Virus record (IMG/VR): IMGVR_UViG_3300028842_000131 | Location: 1-50,370 of that record | Strand: one strand, 5' to 3' | Source of the DNA: a virus | DNA: 50,370 nucleotides | Shown: one piece after another, positions 1-5,618 of the stretch | Layout: every line of letters begins with the position of its first letter | Numbering within the stretch: position 1 is the stretch's first letter | Notes under the pieces: generated by a model | What the model was told of the DNA's origin: nothing | Database searches by the model: none | Seen by the model: the letters and a program-made list of their open reading frames with translations, nothing else | Made by a program: the position numbers and the translations under genes

Positions 1-15
1 GGCTAGCTAGATGAC

Positions 16-33
16 CGTCCACGAACGTCCACG
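16..33 (+). promoter_or_regulatory. Two direct CGTCCACG repeats (10-bp phase), candidate integrase arm-type sites (P arm)
   Basis: CGTCCACG at 16-23 and 26-33. The same heptamer CGTCCAC recurs three times at 216-244, on the other side of the tRNA-like core. Confidence 0.4.
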
Positions 34-64
34 CTCGGCGCGCCTCCGGGCCACGTAAGTGGTT

Positions 65-141
65 GTGGCGGCAGCTCCCCAGGTTAGAGCGCAGGCCTGT
101 CACGCCTGAGGTCGCGGGTTCGAGCCCCGTCGGCCCCGCCA
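65..141 (+). tRNA. tRNA-Asp(GUC)-like pseudo-tRNA, probable attP core (same sequence at 50294..50370)
   Basis: Hand fold: GTGGCGG CA GCTC-CCCAGGTTA-GAGC G CAGGC-CTGTCAC-GCCTG AGGTC GCGGG-TTCGAGC-CCCGT CGGCCCC G CCA. The 3' ~59 nt are canonical. Acceptor pairs 2-71 and 6-67 are mismatched, and positions 8 and 14 are C instead of U/A. The element lies just downstream of the integrase operon on the circular map. Confidence 0.6.
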
Positions 142-214
142 AGCTCCAAGTGGTTGACCGGGAAGGAGATGCGGACGCGCAGAAAGCTGCACGGAAGCCG
201 GATCCGAGGCCCCG

Positions 215-247
215 GCGTCCACACGGCGTCCACATCGCGTCCACACC
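215..247 (+). promoter_or_regulatory. Three tandem 11-bp repeats GCGTCCACA(N2), candidate integrase arm-type sites (P' arm)
   Basis: GCGTCCACACG GCGTCCACATC GCGTCCACACC read directly. Same orientation and same core as the repeats at 16-33. Confidence 0.45.
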
Positions 248-289
248 CCCCTCCGGACGGTTCACTTTTCGGCACGCTCCGGTAGCCGG

Positions 290-772
290 CTACCGTTTCA
301 CCAGCTCGATCCGAACGAGCTTCGCCTCGCCATCGCCCTTGACCGAGACCTTGACCCGCTCGTCGTGGCGGTAGACGAACTCCTGCGAGTCCGCGGGGAG
401 CTCGAGCGACCCACCGGCGCGCCGCAGCAGCACCAGCATCGCGAGGTGGGCCTCGTAGGCGTAGGCCTCCCGGTTCCCGATCAGCGGCGCCAGCTCGATC
501 ATCGAGACCGGCAGCCTGGCCTGGTAGGTCTCCAGCGTCCGGAGGCGTCGGGCAAGGCTCTTGAGCCGGCCCTCGGCCATCTTCACGCGGCTCCTGGCGG
601 AGTCGGCCTCGAGCAGCGCCTGGCGGCGCTTCGCCTCGGCCTCCTCGAGGATCTCGAAGGCCTTCCGGCGGGCCTGCTGAAGGACCTTGCGGTCGGGGCT
701 CACACGACGTTCAAGCTCTCCCATGAGCCGGGACGTCCGGACGGTCTTCAGGTCGATCGACTTCCCGCTCAT
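290..772 (-). CDS. Hypothetical protein, 160 aa, coiled-coil-rich (att-proximal operon gene 3)
   Basis: Internal ATG (MSGKSIDLK...) of ORF 290..1084. ATGA overlap with the stop of the upstream gene at 769. The N-terminal 104 aa of the long ORF are Arg/Gly/Pro-rich and out of character. The stop lies inside the 16-bp perfect palindrome CGGTAGCCGGCTACCG (280-295). Confidence 0.7.
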   Translation of the reverse strand: MSGKSIDLKTVRTSRLMGELERRVSPDRKVLQQARRKAFEILEEAEAKRRQALLEADSARSRVKMAEGRLKSLARRLRTLETYQARLPVSMIELAPLIGNREAYAYEAHLAMLVLLRRAGGSLELPADSQEFVYRHDERVKVSVKGDGEAKLVRIELVKR

Positions 773-1230
773 CGCCCCACCCCACCTGCCTCGGTCCCTA
801 CCCCAGGGGGTTCGGTCACCACCCCACCCTTCTCGGTCACCACCCCAGGGGGCTCGGTCCCCGGCTCGGACGGTTCCGGGCCCACGAGCTCCTGCCAGTA
901 GGTGTCGCGGGTCTCGTGGACGTACTCGCCATCCTGGCTCACCCACCAGCCCGGCCGTAGGGGAATCGGGGTGCGCTCCAGGAGAGCGATGGAGAAGTTC
1001 CATGGCGCTTTCATCACTTGGTACCGGTAGGCGATGAGCACCATCTCCTCGGGACGCGGCAGCACGACGTCGGAGGATCTCCATGGTGAGGTGCCGTCGG
1101 CCACCTGGCGACGCTTGACCAGCTCGTCCATCACCGCGCAGAAGTAGTTGGCGAGGGCGCCACCGGCCTCCGCTGCACGCTGTCGCAGCTCTTGCTCGCG
1201 GTTGTCAATGGATCTCGCGAAGCCCATCAC
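769..1230 (-). CDS. Hypothetical protein, 153 aa (att-proximal operon gene 2)
   Basis: ORF track. GTG/ATG start overlaps the stop of the upstream gene (CTGTGATGG). The C-terminus carries short PGVVTE-type repeats. Confidence 0.7.
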   Translation of the reverse strand: MMGFARSIDNREQELRQRAAEAGGALANYFCAVMDELVKRRQVADGTSPWRSSDVVLPRPEEMVLIAYRYQVMKAPWNFSIALLERTPIPLRPGWWVSQDGEYVHETRDTYWQELVGPEPSEPGTEPPGVVTEKGGVVTEPPGVGTEAGGVGR

Positions 1231-1469
1231 AGCTCCTCCACCGGGAAGGCGCGCCGCTCGACCATTTCGAACTCGACGACGTGGTCACCCTTGCGGGTCG
1301 TCTTCCACTTGCTCATCCTGAGGTGGTTCTTGAGGTGCGAGAGCTTTCCCCAGACGGCGCCCTCGCGGGTGTAGTCGCCGTCACGTGTCCTCCACTCGCC
1401 CTCGGCGTTCCTCACGCGGTAGACGAGCCGTCGAGGATTTCCTTCGCGGGGACTGGATCCTGAAGCCAT
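1227..1469 (-). CDS. Hypothetical protein, 80 aa (att-proximal operon gene 1)
   Basis: ORF track. Strong RBS GAAGGAG 7 nt upstream of the ATG. First gene after the non-coding iteron region. Confidence 0.7.
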   Translation of the reverse strand: MASGSSPREGNPRRLVYRVRNAEGEWRTRDGDYTREGAVWGKLSHLKNHLRMSKWKTTRKGDHVVEFEMVERRAFPVEEL

Positions 1470-1546
1470 TTTCTACTCCTTCAAATTCAAGCGCTCTCCC
1501 GCTCGTTTGCTAGCGAACAATCTAGACCGACTGGGTTGACGTTTCA

Positions 1547-1635
1547 GGGGAAACCTGGCGAACATTTCCGGGAATCCTGGCGAGCTTTTCCGGGGAACCT
1601 GGCGAGCTTCATGGGAAAACCTGGCGAACTTCACC
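1547..1635. repeat. Four iteron-like direct repeats, exact 22-bp phase (consensus GGGAA-N-CCTGGCGARCTT)
   Basis: Core CCTGGCGA at 1554, 1576, 1598 and 1620. A degenerate fifth copy lies near 1655. The overlapping ORFs on both strands are Pro/Arg/Gly-rich and look non-coding. Confidence 0.85.
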
Positions 1636-1841
1636 GAGATCCGGGCTGGCTCGAGGGGAAATCGCCCCGCCGCCCCCCGGAAAATTGGCCCGCCCCTACG
1701 ACTTTCGTTGACCCCGACCGACCGACCGGGCCCCGAGGTCCCGAGGCCGGGCCGAAGGGGCCCCGACCGACCGGCGCCGACGGGGTCCTTGACACCCAAA
1801 GGGATATTCATATCCGGATTGTATGGTATCGCTACCTGGTA

Positions 1842-1872
1842 GGCCCGGAAGGGGCCCGGAAGGGGCCCGGAA
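1842..1872. repeat. About 2.8 tandem copies of the 11-bp unit GGCCCGGAAGG
   Basis: Read directly: GGCCCGGAAGG GGCCCGGAAGG GGCCCGGAA. Confidence 0.8.
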
Positions 1873-1883
1873 TCGCGCGGGAA

Positions 1884-1903
1884 GGGGCCCCGTGAGGGGC
1901 CCC
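1884..1903 (-). terminator. GC hairpin GGGGCCCC-GTGA-GGGGCCCC, possible terminator of the 4256-to-1932 operon
   Basis: 8-bp self-complementary arms, 30 nt downstream of the last minus-strand ORF of that operon. The U-tract is weak. The same hairpin motif is used at 9710-9729. Confidence 0.35.
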
Positions 1904-1931
1904 CGTGAGATCCGGAGTCGATCTAGGGTTA

Positions 1932-2051
1932 CTAGCAGCCTAGAACGGCTCCGATGGTGGCGCCTACGATGATCCAGAGCGTGAGACGGGTCAGGACTGT
2001 CGCGACGATACCGGCTCCGGCGACGGCCGGATCCCATTCGCGGCGCGCCAT
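1932..2051 (-). CDS. Micro-protein, 39 aa, single predicted TM helix (below the ORF-track cutoff)
   Basis: ATG overlaps the upstream TAA (TAATG). Translation: MARREWDPAVAGAGIVATVLTRLTLWIIVGATIGAVLGC. Confidence 0.4.
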   Translation of the reverse strand: MARREWDPAVAGAGIVATVLTRLTLWIIVGATIGAVLGC

Positions 2052-2677
2052 TAGAAGGGTACTTCCTGAGACGGGGAGGCCCCTAGACGGCGCCAAGTGA
2101 CCCAAAGGGTAGCCTGATACTCATGGGGGAGCAGTCCGACCTTACGGGCCCCACGGGCGAAGTGATCTGCGAGGTACCGGTACTCTGCGTCCGAACGGAT
2201 TTCGGCCGCGGCGTCCCCGCGAAGCTGGTACGCGGCTCCGCGCGCGTGACGGTCAACCGTTACCGGGCCCGGCGTGTCGGGGTTGAGGATATTCGCGTAG
2301 AACGCGCGCACCTTGAGGCCGCCAAGGATCTCGAGCGGATCCCCCCCGCGGAGGATGGCCCTAGCTTTCTCCACGTTCCGTCGCCCGTACGTTCCGACCG
2401 CGGGGAGCGGCTCAGCGTAGACGTAGGCCGCAAGGAGCGCCTCCGCATCTTCGAGGTTCTTTTCCCACCGCGAGCCGGGACTGATGGCGGCGATCACTCC
2501 TACCGCCTGAGGGAGCGTCACGCCGTACCGTTCGGCGAGCTCGCGCGCGGTAGAGTTCGCCTCCCGGTACCAGCGGATCCCGTGCGCCACTTCGTCCGGT
2601 GTCGCAAGGCTCCACACGGCGGAAAGGTTGCGGTTGATGCGGCGCGAGGGCCGCGTATAGCGTCGACGAATGGCCAT
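2051..2677 (-). CDS. Conserved phage protein of unknown function, 208 aa
   Basis: Start set at MAIRRR because a GGGAGG RBS lies 7 nt upstream. Motifs WYREAN...ISPGSRWEKN...LKVRAFYANI...VTVDRHA resemble a family widespread in high-GC phages; the family name is not recalled with certainty. Confidence 0.8.
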   Translation of the reverse strand: MAIRRRYTRPSRRINRNLSAVWSLATPDEVAHGIRWYREANSTARELAERYGVTLPQAVGVIAAISPGSRWEKNLEDAEALLAAYVYAEPLPAVGTYGRRNVEKARAILRGGDPLEILGGLKVRAFYANILNPDTPGPVTVDRHARGAAYQLRGDAAAEIRSDAEYRYLADHFARGARKVGLLPHEYQATLWVTWRRLGASPSQEVPF

Positions 2678-2704
2678 GCTGTTTACCTCCCGTTCGGCTG
2701 CCAC

Positions 2705-2758
2705 TAGGCGCCTAATCGAGCCGCTAGCTTGCTCTCTAGCGGCTCTGGTAGGCGTCTA
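2705..2758. promoter_or_regulatory. Direct repeat - hairpin - direct repeat element (TAGGCGCCTAA / GCCGCTAG-N8-CTAGCGGC / TAGGCGTCTAA)
   Basis: The 10-bp perfect palindrome TAGGCGCCTA is at 2705-2714. An 8-bp perfect stem is at 2720-2727 / 2736-2743. A near-copy, TAGGCGTCTA, is at 2749-2758. The element is intergenic, between two minus-strand genes. Confidence 0.5.
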
Positions 2759-3061
2759 ACTCGTGACTGCCTGAATGGTCGAGAGGATGGGAGCGATTCG
2801 ACCATCGCGCGCGAGAACGGGGAACCGCTCCGCAACCCGGAGTGCATCGGAGAAGCGCGGGGCCCGATCGGTCGCGACGATCGCGGAGGGGGACGTCTTG
2901 ATCGTCTCGCCGCTCCGGAGCTGGACCCGGATGTACCCATTACGGGTACGGTTGAGCGTCACGGCGGGCTCGACGGAGCCATCGGCGCGCCGGATCACGA
3001 CGTCCGGGCGGAACGCGACCGTCGGCCAGGGGGCGGATTCGAGAGTGACGTTACGGGTCAT
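2756..3061 (-). CDS. Hypothetical protein, 101 aa
   Basis: Internal ATG (MTRNVTLES...) of ORF 2756..3280, preceded by GAAAGG. The upstream gene ends at 3079, so the longer ORF would overlap it. Confidence 0.7.
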   Translation of the reverse strand: MTRNVTLESAPWPTVAFRPDVVIRRADGSVEPAVTLNRTRNGYIRVQLRSGETIKTSPSAIVATDRAPRFSDALRVAERFPVLARDGRIAPILSTIQAVTS

Positions 3062-3078
3062 GGTAGTTGCCTTTCTAG

Positions 3079-3561
3079 TTAGCTCGCGAGCGCGAGCGGT
3101 TGAATGAGCGTGGAGGAGACCAGGGGATGGACGTTGACGCAGGCGAGGCGCTGGCGGTAGAGGGTCTCGACATCGGCCCGGAGAGAACGGCTCACCCGTT
3201 CCGCATCCTCGGCCGGGACGATCACGTAGTACGTCCGGAGAGCATCGCGGTAGACGTAGCCGTCGGAGGGATCGCGCCATGCTCCGGCGACGTCCGGGCC
3301 GCGCGTATAGCCGCCGTAGAGCGAGAGAAGGGACGTCTCGAACCGCTCGTGTTCGGCGGCCGTGAAGGGGATTCCCTCGTTCGAGGCGAGCGGGACCAGG
3401 GCCTCCACGATGGCGGCGGGTCTCACAAGTCCGCCGGTGTCGGGGCCGAGGACCTTCACCGTGCCCGCATAGATCCGCTTCGCCTCTTCGCGGATGATCC
3501 GGTCTGCTCCTTTGCGCATCCCGCGCGCCTTGACGGTGATCACTTCGTCACCCGGTCCCAT
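3079..3561 (-). CDS. Hypothetical protein, 160 aa (alternative start at 3519 gives 146 aa)
   Basis: ORF track. Protein-like composition (YGGYTRGPDVAGAWRDPSDGYVYRD). The ATG at 3561 overlaps the upstream gene by 22 nt, whereas the ATG at 3519 lies 20 nt after its stop. Confidence 0.7.
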   Translation of the reverse strand: MGPGDEVITVKARGMRKGADRIIREEAKRIYAGTVKVLGPDTGGLVRPAAIVEALVPLASNEGIPFTAAEHERFETSLLSLYGGYTRGPDVAGAWRDPSDGYVYRDALRTYYVIVPAEDAERVSRSLRADVETLYRQRLACVNVHPLVSSTLIQPLALAS

Positions 3562-3872
3562 GCGTCAGAAGTGATTGGCGGAACGGAAACGGGTGGGAAA
3601 GCGACGAGCGCGAAAGCGCGCGCGAGCCTGTACTGATCGAGCGAAAGCACGACGGGGAATCCGCCCCAGTGACGCTCCGAGAGGAAGAGGGAGCCCGGAA
3701 CGCTGTTCGAGACGAGCGGATGCGGGAGGGGTTTCTGGTAGGCGTCGCCGGAGCGGGTGATCTGGTGCGCGCGGATGGTGGGGAGCAGTCCACCGTGCCC
3801 GATGTTCACGTTCTGAAAGAAGTAGGCGAAGTGAAACGGGGAGGGGGCGGGATTGACGGGGGCGGGATTCAT
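3540..3872 (-). CDS. Hypothetical protein, 110 aa
   Basis: Internal ATG (MNPAPVNPAP...) of ORF 3540..4019. The preceding part of the ORF is Arg/Thr-rich junk. The upstream gene stops at 3877. Confidence 0.65.
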   Translation of the reverse strand: MNPAPVNPAPSPFHFAYFFQNVNIGHGGLLPTIRAHQITRSGDAYQKPLPHPLVSNSVPGSLFLSERHWGGFPVVLSLDQYRLARAFALVAFPPVSVPPITSDAWDRVTK

Positions 3873-3876
3873 CGGG

Positions 3877-4080
3877 TCACTCCAGGTCCCGACGGTAACC
3901 GTAGTTGCGCTGGCCGTCCGGCGTCTCAACCCACGCCGCGAACACGTCCGGGACGTTGTCTCCCGTACCGGGGCGCGCGTCGTAAAACGCCTGATACAGG
4001 TCCTTGATGTGGGTGTCATAGGAGGTTCCGTCCGGGACCTCGACCTCGACCGTTCCGCGGTAAGGGATCGTGATCTTCAT
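3877..4080 (-). CDS. Hypothetical protein, 67 aa
   Basis: Internal ATG (MKITIPYRG...) of ORF 3877..4332. ATGA overlap with the upstream 59-aa ORF. Confidence 0.65.
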   Translation of the reverse strand: MKITIPYRGTVEVEVPDGTSYDTHIKDLYQAFYDARPGTGDNVPDVFAAWVETPDGQRNYGYRRDLE

Positions 4081-4256
4081 CGCGCCACCGTCACGCGCGT
4101 CACTTCCGCGACGATGTAGCCGTGGGCGTAGGCGTGATGCTCGTCGGACCGCAGCTCCTTGCGACGCGGGGTGTCGTCCGCATCGCATCGCAGGTACAGG
4201 TAGCCGTCGGACTCGACGACGGCGACGGACAGGTAGGCGTCGGGGTTCGGCTTCAT
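4077..4256 (-). CDS. Hypothetical protein, 59 aa (below the ORF-track cutoff), first gene of the leftward operon
   Basis: GGAGGT RBS 5 nt upstream of the ATG at 4256. Translation is MKPNPDAYLSVAVVESDGYLYLRCDADDTPRRKELRSDEHHAYAHGYIVAEVTRVTVAR. The stop overlaps the next ATG. Confidence 0.55.
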   Translation of the reverse strand: MKPNPDAYLSVAVVESDGYLYLRCDADDTPRRKELRSDEHHAYAHGYIVAEVTRVTVAR

Positions 4257-4274
4257 GGAGTACCTCCGGGGGGA

Positions 4275-4304
4275 AAGGTAGTCCGCGCGCTAGCGTGCTG
4301 TCAA
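4275..4304 (-). promoter_or_regulatory. Sigma70-like promoter for the leftward operon (TTGACA-N18-TACCTT)
   Basis: Minus strand reads CCCCTTGACAgcacgctagcgcgcggacTACCTTtccccccGGAGGTactccATG. It shares the CCTTGACA -35 context with three other sites. Confidence 0.5.
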
Positions 4305-4376
4305 GGGGAAAGCGTGGTCTAGATGGGACCATGGCTCTAAACGAGGAGCCGGAGGTCCCGTTTCAGCTTTGTATCG

Positions 4377-4388
4377 CAAAGCGCTTTG
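4377..4388. promoter_or_regulatory. 12-bp perfect palindrome CAAAGCGCTTTG
   Basis: Read directly. Located in the ORF-free divergent control region. Confidence 0.35.
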
Positions 4389-4550
4389 TGGAGTAGAGTG
4401 GGCGAACTTCCGGCCGCGGGAGAGGCTCGGGAGATCCGGGCCCGGCGGAGGGGGCGGATCCGTCCTGCGAGGGACGGCCCACGGCGCGCAAGGAGCCACG
4501 ATCGCACCCGAGGTGCGGCTGGGGTAGCGGGTCGGACCCGATCGCCCGTT

Positions 4551-4623
4551 CTAGGCGCCGGAAACGGCCCCGAGAGCGCGCGGGCCGCTCGTGGAGCGGG
4601 TCTAGGCGCCTCTCAGAAACGGG
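4551..4623. promoter_or_regulatory. Two copies of CTAGGCGCC...GAAACGG, 51 bp apart
   Basis: CTAGGCGCCgGAAACGG at 4551-4567 and CTAGGCGCCtctcaGAAACGG at 4602-4622. The TAGGCGCC core also occurs at 2705 and, with one change, at 2749. Confidence 0.45.
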
Positions 4624-4696
4624 TGATTCGGACAACTGCGGGCGGATGCGGCCGGATGGCTCCCGGAGCGGCTCGGGAAGGCCCCGCCCCCCACCC

Positions 4697-4718
4697 GGAG
4701 GGGGGGTCGACCCCCTCC
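4697..4718. repeat. GC-rich palindrome GGAGGGGGGG-TCGA-CCCCCTCC
   Basis: Inverted repeat centred on GTCGAC, flanked by CCCGG...CCGGG. Confidence 0.5.
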
Positions 4719-4823
4719 CCCGCCGGGAGCCCGAGGTGGTCCTATCCACCAATTCCCTCCCCCACTTTCCCTGAACATCGCGTCCCCACGGAAAGCAAGC
4801 TACCGATTTCCCACGCTACCCCC

Positions 4824-4853
4824 TTGACAACTTGGTTCCGCTGGACCCATATT
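4824..4853 (+). promoter_or_regulatory. Sigma70-like promoter for the rightward operon (TTGACA-N18-CATATT)
   Basis: CCCCCTTGACAacttggttccgctggaccCATATT, 37 nt upstream of the GAGAGGAG RBS / ATG at 4890. Confidence 0.55.
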
Positions 4854-4889
4854 CCCCGCACGTCAGATCCGAGAGAGGAGAAATCGAAC

Positions 4890-5618
4890 ATGGCATTCAC
4901 CAGTGACCAGGTCATCGACAAGATCAAGAAGCTCCTGAGGCTCGCAGAGCGGGCCGGGACGCCCGAGGAGGCGGCTGCGGCTGCCTCGATGGCGAGTCGT
5001 CTCCAGGAGGAGTACCGGATCGAGTCGCTCACGCTCGAGGCGGAGGGCTCGGTCGTTGTCGAGGAGATCGGCCAGGAGGCTCTCGACTCTGTCTTCAAGA
5101 ACGCTCCACGCTGGCGGGGGCGCCTCTCGGTGGCCATCGCCAGGGCGAACGGCTGCCACGTCTACTACAAGTCCGTTCCAGACGGGAAGCGGCTCATGGT
5201 GGTGGGGCGGCTGTCGGACCAGCGGGTGGTGATCGAGCTCTTCCACTCCCTGGCCGCCGAGATCGACCGGCTGGCCGCCCGCTACATCCGCGAGTCCTTC
5301 GGCGGGCGCTCGGCCGGCGCCGACTTCCGCCAGGGTGCGGTCGATGCCATCGGCCGGCGCCTGCGGAACGACCTGAAGCGTCGCGAGGAGACCCGGCCCG
5401 TCGGCTCGGCCGCGATGGTCCTGCTGGCCAAGAACGACCGTGCCGTCGAGACCTGGGCCAAGGCGGCGATCGGTCAGTCGTTCCACTACCGGCGCTCGGC
5501 AACCGGCCGCAGCAACGATGCCCGGCTCGCCGGCTACTCCGCCGGCTCCTCCATGAAGCTGACCCGCGAGGCGAAGCTCGGCACTGGTTCGATGCGCCAG
5601 CTCGTGGGTGGCCGATGA
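4890..5618 (+). CDS. DUF2786-like protein, 242 aa
   Basis: Start set at MAFTSDQVIDKIKKLLRLAERAGTPEEAAAAASMA, the typical DUF2786 N-terminal helix pair. RBS GAGAGGAGAA. The upstream 168 aa of ORF 4386..5618 are Arg/Gly/Pro junk. Confidence 0.85.
   Translation: MAFTSDQVIDKIKKLLRLAERAGTPEEAAAAASMASRLQEEYRIESLTLEAEGSVVVEEIGQEALDSVFKNAPRWRGRLSVAIARANGCHVYYKSVPDGKRLMVVGRLSDQRVVIELFHSLAAEIDRLAARYIRESFGGRSAGADFRQGAVDAIGRRLRNDLKRREETRPVGSAAMVLLAKNDRAVETWAKAAIGQSFHYRRSATGRSNDARLAGYSAGSSMKLTREAKLGTGSMRQLVGGR

Larger units (their letters stand above)
1..141. repeat. Terminal direct repeat copy 1 (identical to 50230..50370); assembly overlap of a circular molecule
   Basis: All 141 nt at the window start recur base-for-base at the window end. 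The window begins and ends exactly on the repeat. Unique length is 50229 bp. Confidence 0.95.

Noticed and set aside
1-141. Reading the terminal repeats as attL/attR of an integrated prophage
   Set aside because: Identity extends 64 nt 5' of the tRNA-like element, and the window contains no flanking bacterial DNA. An assembly overlap of a circular molecule explains it better.
1547-1635. CRISPR-like mini-array
   Set aside because: The units have a 22-bp period with only ~6-8 variable nt between cores, so there are no spacer-sized inserts. There are no cas genes and no repeat palindromicity.
1787-1830. Plus-strand promoter at the CCTTGACA box near 1789
   Set aside because: No acceptable -10 hexamer lies at 16-18 bp. 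The nearby TATGGT has no -35, and no plus-strand gene follows. It is kept only as part of the regulatory-region description.
1473-2037. ORFs 1473..1811(-), 1536..1895(+) and 1696..2037(-) across the iteron region
   Set aside because: Their translations simply mirror the DNA repeats (GKPGE..., PGPEG...). There are no start signals, and they overlap each other on both strands.
4386-4889. N-terminal 168 aa of ORF 4386..5618, and ORFs 4363..4752 and 4290..4499
   Set aside because: All are Arg/Gly/Pro-rich with no RBS. The promoter at 4824 and the RBS/ATG at 4890 define the real gene. The region is treated as non-coding.
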